Of a DNA stretch of 18,242 bases, positions 1 through 8,667 are shown in pieces. The notes beneath the pieces are model-generated. The model saw nothing but the letters and a program-made list of their open reading frames with translations, was not told the DNA's origin and did no database searches. The DNA lies in the NCBI GenBank assembly GCA_963706285.1, contig CAVPLU010000002.1:1-18242 (forward strand), written 5' to 3'. Both the position numbers and the translations under genes were made by a program. The stretch comes from Candidatus Bathyarchaeota archaeon (GTDB taxonomy: Archaea; Thermoproteota; Bathyarchaeia; 40CM-2-53-6). Each line of letters starts with the position of its first letter. The stretch's first letter is position 1.

Positions 1-29
1 CCGCGAAGTTTACTGAGAGTTCTCTCGCT

Positions 30-689
30 TTACCGGCCATGTGGGAATCCAGTGATGATCCCGCCGGTCCTACCGTCTACTCTGACGTCGCCGACGGGAT
101 TGCCGTTGGAGTCTATGATGGGCACGTTGTAGGTGAATCCGAATTGCTTCGGCGCTCCAGCGGTCCAGCCCTTGCCTATGGAATCTTGAACCGCTTTTAC
201 AGCAGCTCCAGATGTTGGGGTGTTGAGCTTTGCGAGAAGCACCATCATGACCACATTATCCTTGTATTTGATGCTCACCATCCACCCGTTGCCGCTGTCA
301 TTTACCCCGCCAACGGTGAACGTCTTCACGGCATCGCTTACAATCGTCTTAGCCTGATCACTGGTCACCGTTAAGTTTCCAGACCAAAATGGCCCTGTTA
401 CGTTTCCAGGCCAGGGGGGCCTCGTCACATTTTCAGGCCGGGGTGGATGCGTCGCGTTTCCAAGTGGCGGTGGTCTCGTCATGTTTCCAGGCCAGGGTGG
501 TCTCGAGTGTGGGGGTGCTGACGAGTCTGAGGGCGAGCCTGAACCTGTGTTTGTTACAGTTGCGAAGGCTCCACTTGCTACCAGCGCTGAACCTATTACT
601 GTTGCGATAACTATCGCCAATAATGCGATTCTACGGTTAGACCCCACTCTTTCCACCGACCTTGATAGGATGGGATGAGAGAGTCGCAC
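30..689 (-). CDS. Secreted/membrane-anchored hypothetical protein with Pro-rich repeat linker and two PepSY-like C-terminal units
   Basis: 219-aa ORF. Basic N-terminus plus hydrophobic stretch (IALLAIVIATVIGSALVASGAFA), then five 9-aa repeats, then a C-terminus ending YNVPII...VRVDGRTGGII, which resembles a PepSY terminal strand (V.A.TG.I). Confidence 0.7.
   Translation of the reverse strand: MRLSHPILSRSVERVGSNRRIALLAIVIATVIGSALVASGAFATVTNTGSGSPSDSSAPPHSRPPWPGNMTRPPPLGNATHPPRPENVTRPPWPGNVTGPFWSGNLTVTSDQAKTIVSDAVKTFTVGGVNDSGNGWMVSIKYKDNVVMMVLLAKLNTPTSGAAVKAVQDSIGKGWTAGAPKQFGFTYNVPIIDSNGNPVGDVRVDGRTGGIITGFPHGR
369..503 (-). repeat. Degenerate 27-bp (9-aa) coding tandem repeat, 5 copies
   Basis: Units read RPPWPGNMT / RPPPLGNAT / HPPRPENVT / RPPWPGNVT / GPFWSGNLT; tttccaggccagg recurs on the + strand. 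Confidence 0.85.
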
Positions 690-952
690 TAAAGCATTTG
701 TCAGATTTGTACCCGATTTTCACCCAAATTATACCTGCAGAACGTTCTGGTCGAGTGGACGAGCATATGTACAGTTTGAATGTTGGCTGGGCCAAATTCT
801 GGCCAGTTCGACTGGGAATCCAGATCTAGGAATCTCTTTCACTTGTGACTCCTAGTTGGTCACCTCTTCGACTCATATTCACGAAATCCTTTCGCGTTAA
901 TTCATGATGCGTAGAACAAAACGATTGAGAGACTATCCACAGCTGCCTTGGG

Positions 953-1090
953 TTGACCAAAATATCTGCCCACACCCACTACCCAACTCTCCTGCTGAAA
1001 TTCAATGATGCCGATGAGAACGTCTACCGTTGCGATGCCTGTGGAAAAATCATCAGCTACATCGAAGTTCCCAACGAGGATCTGAGGTGA
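953..1090 (+). CDS. Small putative Zn-ribbon protein (45 aa; HxH...CxxC)
   Basis: Manual translation from TTG: MTKISAHTHYPTLLLKFNDADENVYRCDACGKIISYIEVPNEDLR*. YRCDACGK is a typical zinc-knuckle. The stop overlaps the next GTG (GTGA). Start codon uncertain. Confidence 0.55.
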   Translation: MTKISAHTHYPTLLLKFNDADENVYRCDACGKIISYIEVPNEDLR

Positions 1091-1095
1091 ATAAG

Positions 1096-1194
1096 TTGAC
1101 TGAACCTCCAAACGAAGCCTGCATGTGCTGCGGAAAGGAACTCATTAACGGTCGCTGCTTCAGGTGCGGAACCTGTGAACGATGCGGCGCCTAG
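1096..1194 (+). CDS. Cys-rich mini-protein (32 aa, three CxxC)
   Basis: Manual translation from TTG: MTEPPNEACMCCGKELINGRCFRCGTCERCGA*. GAGGTGA SD at 1084-1090; alternative in-frame GTG start at 1087. Confidence 0.6.
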   Translation: MTEPPNEACMCCGKELINGRCFRCGTCERCGA

Positions 1195-1525
1195 GCGTCA
1201 AACGGAGTATCCTCCGCGCTGGAGTAGAGTCTCAAGATGGGTGAGGGGTCGAGCCAGCTGGCGTTGCGAACTATGCGGAGTCAAGAATGGACCTCCTCCG
1301 AACCTCCTCACAGTTCACCATCTGAGATGGTAACAAGTGGAATCTGCTGCCGTGGAATTTGGCTGCGCTCTGCCAGAGATGCCACTACCAGGTTCAATGG
1401 ACACTAGACTTCTGCCAATCCACTCTCATGGACATCTACCCTCATGTGGATGCGGGACTCACGTTAGAGCGTACAACGCGTGGGCGCGAATGAAAGGACG
1501 CACCCGCCTCGCCTTGGCCGAGTGA
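1175..1525 (+). CDS. HNH endonuclease (Zn-binding McrA/HNHc-like), frameshifted
   Basis: From GTG1175: MNDAAPRRQTEYPPRWSRVSRWVRGRASWRCELCGVKNGPPPNLLTVHHL. Skipping one base near 1325 continues DGNKWNLLPWNLAALCQRCHYQ, completing the CxxC...VHH.DG...N....NL..LC..CH signature. C-terminus ends at 1493 or, with a further shift, at 1525. Confidence 0.8.
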
Positions 1526-1617
1526 AACAAGGACGAAGGTTCTACCGCTTTGCAGTGCGGTCGTTTCATTGGAAAATCTGGGGTGTTACGCGGTTAGTAA
1601 GACGAAGAACAAAGTGA
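1522..1617 (+). CDS. Small basic hypothetical peptide (31 aa)
   Basis: MKQGRRFYRFAVRSFHWKIWGVTRLVRRRTK*. The GTG overlaps the TGA at 1523-1525 (GTGA coupling); no homology recognised. Confidence 0.3.
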   Translation: MKQGRRFYRFAVRSFHWKIWGVTRLVRRRTK

Positions 1618-1809
1618 GCAAAGTCTAGTTCAGCTTGATTCTCGTGAGAACTCAGGGATGGTTTCTGCCACCACGTCAGATTCTTAATGGAAGGGCACTT
1701 GAAGCTTGAGTTCAGTGCTCGCCCTCAACGCCTAGGCCAGACCCGCTGGACCTTTGTTGAACCCTCTATCCGGAACCATCTCCCGGCTGGTCACATGCTC
1801 TTTCTGACT

Positions 1810-2037
1810 TCAGAAGTACGGCGCTGCTAGCGTTATTGCCTCGTATCCGACCTTCTTGATCAACGCCACAATCTCAGCCTCGTTGGTGACTTTCTCGTCA
1901 TAGTCCACGAGAATTAGGTCCAACATGTAGTTCGATCCTACTGACTTGACGCCCTCAGCTTTTTCAAGCGCCCTACGAACGGGGAGGATGCAAGTCGAAC
2001 AATGCACCCCCACTATTCTCAGTCTAGTTCTCTGCAA
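1810..2037 (-). CDS. Heavy-metal-associated (HMA) domain protein, CopZ-like metallochaperone
   Basis: LRIVGVHCSTC (GMxCxxC-like) ... VDYD ... IKKVGY fits the HMA fold pattern. Likely TTG start at 2037; the ORF track extends it to 2070. Confidence 0.85.
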   Translation of the reverse strand: MQRTRLRIVGVHCSTCILPVRRALEKAEGVKSVGSNYMLDLILVDYDEKVTNEAEIVALIKKVGYEAITLAAPYF

Positions 2038-2188
2038 AGGGCATCCATCCAGGAGAATGCGCGCAGCCAAGTAACAGGCAGACCTCTGCTCATTAAATCA
2101 TCAGAACTCAAGACCAAAGTCAAGAATAATAGAAAAGAAGTGGGGCTTCAGAAAGAGCGAGCCATCAGGAGGAACCCTTGGCTCCCGC

Positions 2189-2365
2189 CTATGCCTGCTT
2201 GATGGCGGCGTTGACCTTCATCATGAGATCCGGAGCTATAGTAGTGATATTGTGCGCTTCTTTCGCGTGATTCGCTATGCTCATCATCAATTGCTCTTTG
2301 CTATCAGCTTTAGTTTCGAATCCACACTTCATCCCGACATCCGCACACTTGAAACTTAGACCCAA
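2189..2365 (-). CDS. DUF1059 family small metal-binding protein
   Basis: FKCADVGMKCGFE...HAKEAH...KV.AAIK signature. GGAGGTGA SD precedes the TTG at 2365. Confidence 0.9.
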   Translation of the reverse strand: MGLSFKCADVGMKCGFETKADSKEQLMMSIANHAKEAHNITTIAPDLMMKVNAAIKQA

Positions 2366-2763
2366 ACAGTTCACCTCCCAGACTCGCTGAGTAAGCAAAC
2401 TGCAGTTGCTGACTTCTATTCTACGTGACGCTTGTCAAAGTAGACGATAACGACGCTGAAATCTATCTTTCGGCAGGTAACCCGTACGTTTCCACTTACA
2501 CTGTAGCAATCTCTGCCAGCGTCCTCTGCATTAAGCGTTTGAGGCACAAGGGTGTCCTCTGAATTCACTCAACTCTTTGATGCGGGCGGCGAGTTATGGA
2601 TTGAGGGATTCCTGAGGTTTGGTGGAGAATTAGCGTCTGTCACAATCAAGATAAGAAAAACGGAAAGGCAGAGACCGATGTAGTTCGGCTGCTAGCTGGG
2701 TCTGAGCCAGAAACGTCCTGCTGATCAATGGATGGCACCGTGTTCATGCGTTAATGGGATAGG

Positions 2764-4210
2764 TCATCGTCGCGTCAGTTGGTAGTGATGTTGAAGAAGA
2801 TGCCGGTACTGCTCCAAGTCATTGTCGATTGGAATGCGCGTTGGACCACTTCGCTCATTGCAGGATGAATATGCATAGCGTCAAGCAGCGGGCGGGCGTT
2901 CTGATCCGGCGTGTACATGAGATTGACGATCTCTTGAATCAGAGAAGACGCATATGGTCCGATAATGTGTGCTCCAAGAATTCTGGAACTGTCTCTCTCT
3001 AGGATGACCTTGACGAAGTAGCTCTTTCAGGTCCATCGCCTCGCCCTTCGCAGTATCCTCGTACCGTTGGAAGCCGACGTCAGATATGCGATCCTCACCG
3101 TATTGTTTGGCTGCCTCTACTTGCTTGAGGCCAACGCTGGCTATCTCAGGATACGTGAAGACGGCATGGGGGACAGCGTGATAGTCGACTCTGATCTTCT
3201 CTTTCATCACAGCATTGTAGTAGACGATAATGGACTCGTAGTTGGCCACATGCTCGAAGTAGATGTCTCCCATTCGGCATCGCCGAAAGCCCAGACGTTA
3301 GGTTGGGAGGTCTCGAGGTACTCGTTGACACTGATCCATCCTTTCTCGTCGGTCTTGATGCCTGCTTTCTCTGGATGCAGGATGTCAGTTTTAGGGCCCC
3401 GCCCCTGACGGGACTAGGAAATCTCATCCGCTATGATCGTCTTGGTCTCCCCAGTCTGTCTATGGACGGCGACGATCTTCTTCTTGCCCTCCTGCGTCCT
3501 CTCGGTCTGGACGGCTTCATAATTCGTGAGTATGGTCATGTGCTTGCCCAATTCACGCATGGCTAGGGCTCGAGACTTCCGGTTCCTCCTGTGGTAGGAA
3601 TTGACGGTTGCGGCCGATAATCGAAACCTTTGAGCCCATGGCTGATAGGAAGTGACCGTATTGCAGCGGCAATGTATCCTCCACCTATGACAGCCACACT
3701 CTCCGGGAGCTGCGTCTGGTGAAGGATAGTATCACTCGTCTGGTAGCCTGTCTGCTCAAGTCCTGAAATTGGGGGTATGATTGGTTTCGATCCTGTACAG
3801 AGGAGGAACATCTTCGACGTGATATTCTCCCGCCCTACCTTCAAGGTATACGGACGGACAAACTCAGCTGGCAAATGGTAGTAGTCGATGTTCTCCGACC
3901 CAGTCAGTCCTTGTCGGATGGAATCAATTTCTCCGTCAATTAGCGTTCTCATTCGTTTCATTACTTTCGCGAAATCAACTTTCTCGATCTTCAAGTCGAT
4001 ACCGAAAGTGTTCGCGCTTTCCATTATGCGCACCAGCTCGGCAGGCTAGAGCAGAATCTTTGATGGAATACATCCTCGAGTGAGGCAGATTCCACCTGGC
4101 TCATCCTTATCGACTACGGCCACCTTGATGTTCGGATCACGTCGTAACATAGCGTCGACAACGTTCATCGCTGAACCTGAGCCAATAGCGATCAGATCAT
4201 ACTCTTTCAT
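2764..4210 (-). CDS. Pyridine nucleotide-disulfide oxidoreductase (dihydrolipoamide dehydrogenase / mycothione reductase-like), interrupted by one in-frame TAG and several frameshifts
   Basis: ATG4210 gives MKEYDLIAIGSGSA...GGICLTRGCIPSKILL*PAEL. Later segments across frames: VIGGGYIA, VWAFGD, VPHAVFTYPEIASVG, ILGAHIIGP, HIHPAMSEVV. 3' end approximate. Confidence 0.88.
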
Positions 4211-4241
4211 GCGCTCATAGGTCATGGGTCTACGCCTGCAG

Positions 4242-6713
4242 TTATCTGCGAACAGTCTCGCGTCGCTGTTGAAATAGCAATTTGCAGTCCGGGTTTACAA
4301 TCCGAGTCTTCTGAACACGTAGTGTTTCGGCAAATCTATGCCCAATGTGAGGGCTGCTGAGATATGCAAGAATGAAGAGGACCTCGAATATTGTAAGTTG
4401 CGGCACAATGACACCGTACACTCCTAGCAACGCGAAGCCGATTATGGTGGCCGTGCTTGCGATTAGCAGTTCCCTACCAGGCCACGATGACCAGGAGTGC
4501 CTTCTCTCGCGGACGATGTATATTCTGAACTGGCTTGTGAATATGAGCATCAACATTACGTAGCTCTGGAGTTCTCCCCATTTCAGGCCGAAGTAATCTA
4601 TGCCGACCAGAACCGCAACTGCACCGCCGGCGACCAGCAAGACGCCGATAACAAGCGATGCCAGAATGATTTTTTTCACGTTCCAAAGATTCGGGCTGCT
4701 TGTGTACTCAACGTTGTCAGTTGCGACAGACATTGTAACGAAGTCGTTTGCGAACACGACCAGAACCATGCCTAAGACAGAAATTATGGCGCCTTGCAGC
4801 CAGAAGTAGCCTAGGACGAGCAGGCCTACGAATTGTATGACCTTTGAGACCTTATTGATCACCCAGGTGAGCATTCGCTGGTAGATCTGCCTGCTTGTCT
4901 TTATCGTTTGGATGATTTGACGCGTGCCTGGCTCGGTTAGGACTATGCTCGCGGACGCTTTTGCGACGTCTGTTGAGTTGCTTACCGCTATCCCGACCTC
5001 CGCTTGCTTGAGAGCTGGTGCATCATTGACGCCATCTCCGGTCATTCCGACCATGTGCCCTCGGGATTGTAGAAGCTTGACGATTCTGTACTTGTCTTCT
5101 GGATATATCTCAGCAAACCCGTCGTACTCATCGAGTATCTTTGCCTGTTCGGCTTCGCTTTGGCTCTTGAGATCGGATGCTCGGTAGATCTTGTCACCAA
5201 TCGATACTTGGTGTGCTATCTCCTTGGCAACCGCAATGTTATCGCCTGTGAGCATCTTCGTCTTCACTCCCAAAGTCTTGAGCTCCTCTATCACACCCTT
5301 CGAGTCTGGTCTGATGGGATCGGCCAGCGGCAGCAATCCGACGAGTTGAAAAGTGTCTGGGGCACCAGCTTCCGACTTAGCCACCGCTATTGTTCGGTAG
5401 CCCTTCTGAGATAATTCCTCTACTGCCTTGTTGGCTTGAGTTCGGGTCTCTTCACTCACGGAGTGGCAAATGGAGATTACCATTTGCGGCGCTCCCTTCG
5501 TAACTTTGAAGCGCTGTGCGCCGCGATCTATGATTGCCTCTGATCTCTTGGTTGCAGGTTCGAAGGGAGTGAACGAAACCTGTTTGTACGCGCTAGAATC
5601 TATGCCGGCAGCCTTCGCGTAGCCGATTACTGCTAGATCTATCACGTCCTTGGTTTCATCTCTGGAAGCCAAGCTTGCGAACAAGACCACGTCTTCTTTC
5701 TTGAACCCTAGAAACGGTATCGGATCAGTGATCGACAGTCTGTTCTGGGTGATTGTGCCTGTCTTGTCCAGGAGGAGTACTTCCATCGAGGCTGCGTCTT
5801 CGATTGAATCGAGCCTTGTTACTAGTGCGCCTTTCTTTGAGAGTTCTATTGCTCCCACGGCTAGGACGACGGCGAAGACGGCTGGTAATGCGACAGGGAC
5901 AGCTCCTAGGAGAAAAGTCAAGGTGAGGTTCAGCAGTGATGGGATGTCGGCGTGCACAAGAACAGAGTCGGCGCCAACTACGACCAACGCCGCCAAGCTC
6001 ACGTACATCATGTATTTGACGACGGCCATCATTATCTGTTCTTGATGTGATGCTGGTTTAGCTATCCTGACTAGTTGTGCTGTCGTGCCGAAATATGTGT
6101 TCGCTCCTGTGTTGACTACGATACACCTAGCCTCTCCACGCTTTACTACGGAGCTTGAATAGACGATTCCCGATTTGCGGGCGGTCACTGGAAGAGATTC
6201 GCCTGTGAGTGCTGACTGATCAACTGAGACTTCACCGTCACCTGATACCTTGGCATCGGCTGGTACCAGATCGCCTAGCCCGATACCAATTATGTCCCCT
6301 GGGACCAAGTCTCTGGCATCTTGAATTTTCCATTCGCCGTTGCGCAGAACCCTCGCCTTGACCGCCAGTCTCTTCTTCAGAAGGTCTAGGGCCCTCCGCG
6401 AACTGCGTGTGTGCAAGAAACCTATGATAGCGTTCGTCGTGAGCAGTCCGAAGACTATTGCTAGTTCCAGATAGTGGCCTAGAATGTAGGAAAGTGCCAT
6501 TGCTGATTCTAGGAGCCAGGGCATCGGACCCCAGTAACGCGACAAGAAGTCAAGCACTGGATTCCTCTCCTTCTCCACAACCTCGTTTCGTCCAAGTCTA
6601 CCGATTCGCTCCAAGACTTCAGACTCAGTGAGACCGTTGGAAGACGTTTCGAGCAGCCTGATTGTTTCTTCGACCGAGATCTCTTCGTATTCATTTGTGC
6701 TTCTGGGGTTCAC
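4242..6713 (-). CDS. Plasma-membrane proton-efflux P-type ATPase (type IIIA)
   Basis: Motifs YWGPMPWLLE, TGES, PVALP, DKTGTIT, KGAP, MLTGD, GDGVNDAPALK, and TM6 ND. GGAGG SD upstream of the GTG. The last ~30 aa look frameshifted near 4340. Confidence 0.93.
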   Translation of the reverse strand: MNPRSTNEYEEISVEETIRLLETSSNGLTESEVLERIGRLGRNEVVEKERNPVLDFLSRYWGPMPWLLESAMALSYILGHYLELAIVFGLLTTNAIIGFLHTRSSRRALDLLKKRLAVKARVLRNGEWKIQDARDLVPGDIIGIGLGDLVPADAKVSGDGEVSVDQSALTGESLPVTARKSGIVYSSSVVKRGEARCIVVNTGANTYFGTTAQLVRIAKPASHQEQIMMAVVKYMMYVSLAALVVVGADSVLVHADIPSLLNLTLTFLLGAVPVALPAVFAVVLAVGAIELSKKGALVTRLDSIEDAASMEVLLLDKTGTITQNRLSITDPIPFLGFKKEDVVLFASLASRDETKDVIDLAVIGYAKAAGIDSSAYKQVSFTPFEPATKRSEAIIDRGAQRFKVTKGAPQMVISICHSVSEETRTQANKAVEELSQKGYRTIAVAKSEAGAPDTFQLVGLLPLADPIRPDSKGVIEELKTLGVKTKMLTGDNIAVAKEIAHQVSIGDKIYRASDLKSQSEAEQAKILDEYDGFAEIYPEDKYRIVKLLQSRGHMVGMTGDGVNDAPALKQAEVGIAVSNSTDVAKASASIVLTEPGTRQIIQTIKTSRQIYQRMLTWVINKVSKVIQFVGLLVLGYFWLQGAIISVLGMVLVVFANDFVTMSVATDNVEYTSSPNLWNVKKIILASLVIGVLLVAGGAVAVLVGIDYFGLKWGELQSYVMLMLIFTSQFRIYIVRERRHSWSSWPGRELLIASTATIIGFALLGVYGVIVPQLTIFEVLFILAYLSSPHIGHRFAETLRVQKTRIVNPDCKLLFQQRRETVRR

Positions 6714-6939
6714 GCGGGGAACAACCTCCTGACTTAATCATACTTGTGAGAGGTCTCGGCTCCAGAGATCGCCTCTTGGACCAAATCGATTAGTCATCCA
6801 GCGGGCTTCAGTATCTTCTTTGCTAATTTCGAAAGGCCCGCTGGGTCTTACGATGCGTGACGGAGGGTTGAGTGGACCCGGGCAATTCCGAAGCTTTTTT
6901 CAGTTCAAGCTATCATCTTGACGCGTACGGTCGTTAAAC

Positions 6940-7203
6940 ATGTCGCGGATCACCTTCAGGGCCCCGCTCTTCTACTCTATGCTGAGTCTCGGTCTTCTCA
7001 CGATGGTAACAGGTTTCATCCTGTACCTGTGGCCGCATGGTCCCCGTTCGGGTCAACTCATATTCCTGGGACTCGACAAGAGCGGATGGGGAACGTGGCA
7101 CACATACATCACGCTCATCGCCATCGCCCTGATACTCGTGCATTTGGTAGAGAACAGGAAGTGCGTAGACGTCTACGTTAAGACCACACTTGAGAAAGCT
7201 TGA
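6940..7203 (+). CDS. DUF4405 domain membrane protein (two His-bearing helices)
   Basis: TGFILYLWP.G......FLGL.K..W...H.......I..ILVHL.EN pattern. Confidence 0.8.
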   Translation: MSRITFRAPLFYSMLSLGLLTMVTGFILYLWPHGPRSGQLIFLGLDKSGWGTWHTYITLIAIALILVHLVENRKCVDVYVKTTLEKA

Positions 7204-7279
7204 CCAACTGATTACTGGACTGTCTGGACACAACCGCCATTGCACCCTCTTATCAAGATGGGTGCGGTCGAAAGAGTTA

Positions 7280-7299
7280 ATTCGAATATCTATTCAATA
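7280..7299 (+). promoter_or_regulatory. Putative operator copy (GAATA-N2-TATTC) downstream of a BRE/TATA-like element
   Basis: ATTCGAATATCTATTCAATA preceded by cgaaagagtta, about 40 nt upstream of ORF 7340. Confidence 0.5.
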
Positions 7300-7339
7300 A
7301 CTCCTGGCGTCGAAACATCGGTCTGGGGTCTGCGGAAGG

Positions 7340-7810
7340 ATGTCATCAGCCATCAAACAGGCGTGCGGTATAGTTGGGCAGTTGAGGGCGCAGGGGAGAC
7401 CTTGGCTTGAAGTTCAAGATGAACTGGAGAAGGCAGCGATCAAGCAGGGTGACTATCGGCCTTTGTACTTCGGATGCGAAACCGCACCTTACAGGATGCG
7501 CTTTATTCCGAAACGCGAACCGCGAATACTCTCGAGAGAATTCGATGAGGAGCTTACACGGATCGCGCGAGAGCACTCGTTGGTGGTTCAGATGAGGTGC
7601 ACAGGCTACAACCTCTTCATAGACACGCGGAAACCAGACGGAGCCTTGCAGATGGTTAGGAAAGCTATTCACTTGCCTCATAGAACTGAATGGTTGAAAG
7701 CTTTCTGGCTTGACAAGTACTGCATCGAGGTGGACCGCCCTGACCTACCAGGCATGCCAGAGGCTCTTGAGAAGATCGGAAGCCGACTCTACGGGATGGC
7801 CACCAAGTAG
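7340..7810 (+). CDS. Hypothetical protein (156 aa)
   Basis: Uninterrupted ORF with natural composition, a GGAAGG just upstream and a promoter-like element upstream; no family recognised. Confidence 0.7.
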   Translation: MSSAIKQACGIVGQLRAQGRPWLEVQDELEKAAIKQGDYRPLYFGCETAPYRMRFIPKREPRILSREFDEELTRIAREHSLVVQMRCTGYNLFIDTRKPDGALQMVRKAIHLPHRTEWLKAFWLDKYCIEVDRPDLPGMPEALEKIGSRLYGMATK

Positions 7811-7903
7811 TATCGCGCAACTCTCATCGACTGGCGACACGCCTGAATTCGCCTAAACTTTGCATGGGAGCGAGCCTACACTTACTCCAGCCCGTTAGTT
7901 CGA

Positions 7904-8667
7904 CTAGAACTGCGTTTTCTTGTTCAGCACAATGACCGCGACTGTCTGAAGGATGATAGCCCATGCCAACAGGACTCCCAGATCTAAGGCGAACTTGATG
8001 CTCGGAACCATCATGGCTTCTCCCAACGCATCGGTCAGGTAAGTAAGCGGTGTCAGGTAGGATATGATTTGCAGTTCAAATGGGAGAGTCTGTATCGGGA
8101 TGAACACTCCACCGATGAACATCATCGGCAGCCTCAGAGCGGTCAACGACATGTTCGCGGTCGGCATATCCTTCGCAGCTGCTGCAAACAGCATTCCAAG
8201 AGCAGAGAAAGCAAAGGTTCCAACAACTATTGCAACCACGAAAAGGATTGGATTCGCTATCCGTCCTCCACCCAACACAGTAGCTCCCACTGCAGTTGCG
8301 AGTGAAAGCATTATGCCAAAAGCAGAACCAGCAAGCGACTTCCCGAGCACTATAGTTGCGGTTGAGACTGGAGCGGTCTGAAGAATCTCATAGGTCTGCG
8401 TCTGCTTCTCAATCGTAATAGATATCGCCTCAACGGAAGACGCTCCGAATAGGGAGACCATACCGACGAGTCCTGGGATCAGCAGATCAGGAGGGATTTC
8501 ACGTCCAATAGAGAAAGAAAGGTACAGGAAAGCCGGTATCAGTATGCCGAACCCGAGTATCTGAGGTTTGAAGTAGTAGATCTTCGCGTCCTTCTTGGCA
8601 ATGCAGCCGCCTTGCTCATCGCGCCGAAGATCGACTTTCTTGAGCGGTTTGGGTATGCGTCAGCCAT
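7904..8667 (-). CDS. ABC-2 type exporter permease (frameshift near 8605)
   Basis: IAKKDAKIYYFKP, LIPGLVGM, EKQTQTYE.L..AP, GGVFIPIQTLP...PLTYLTDAL. ATG8667 overlaps the stop of the upstream ATPase gene. Confidence 0.88.

Noticed and set aside
757-776. Possible fifth operator copy (GAGCA-TA-TGTAC)
   Set aside because: Only 11/20 identity to the best site and no matching BRE/TATA context.
1693-1720. Hairpin GGGCAC...GTGCTC considered as a SECIS element or terminator
   Set aside because: It is short and imperfect, has no associated Sec codon and no U-tract.
4046-4048. In-frame TAG in the reductase, suggesting pyrrolysine or amber recoding
   Set aside because: The position (PSKILL*PAE) is one base from a plausible Tyr codon, other genes here terminate at TAG, no pyl genes are visible, and the gene has many other errors.
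4372-6045. Multiple + strand ORFs opposite the ATPase (likewise 8064-8381, 9391-9906, 14630-15175, 17575-18180, 902-1111)
   Set aside because: These are antisense shadows of better-supported genes and show no recognisable motifs.
6745-6765. CGAGACCU on the minus strand resembling the 3' end of the yybP-ykoY riboswitch
   Set aside because: The required 5' GGGGAGUA element is absent.
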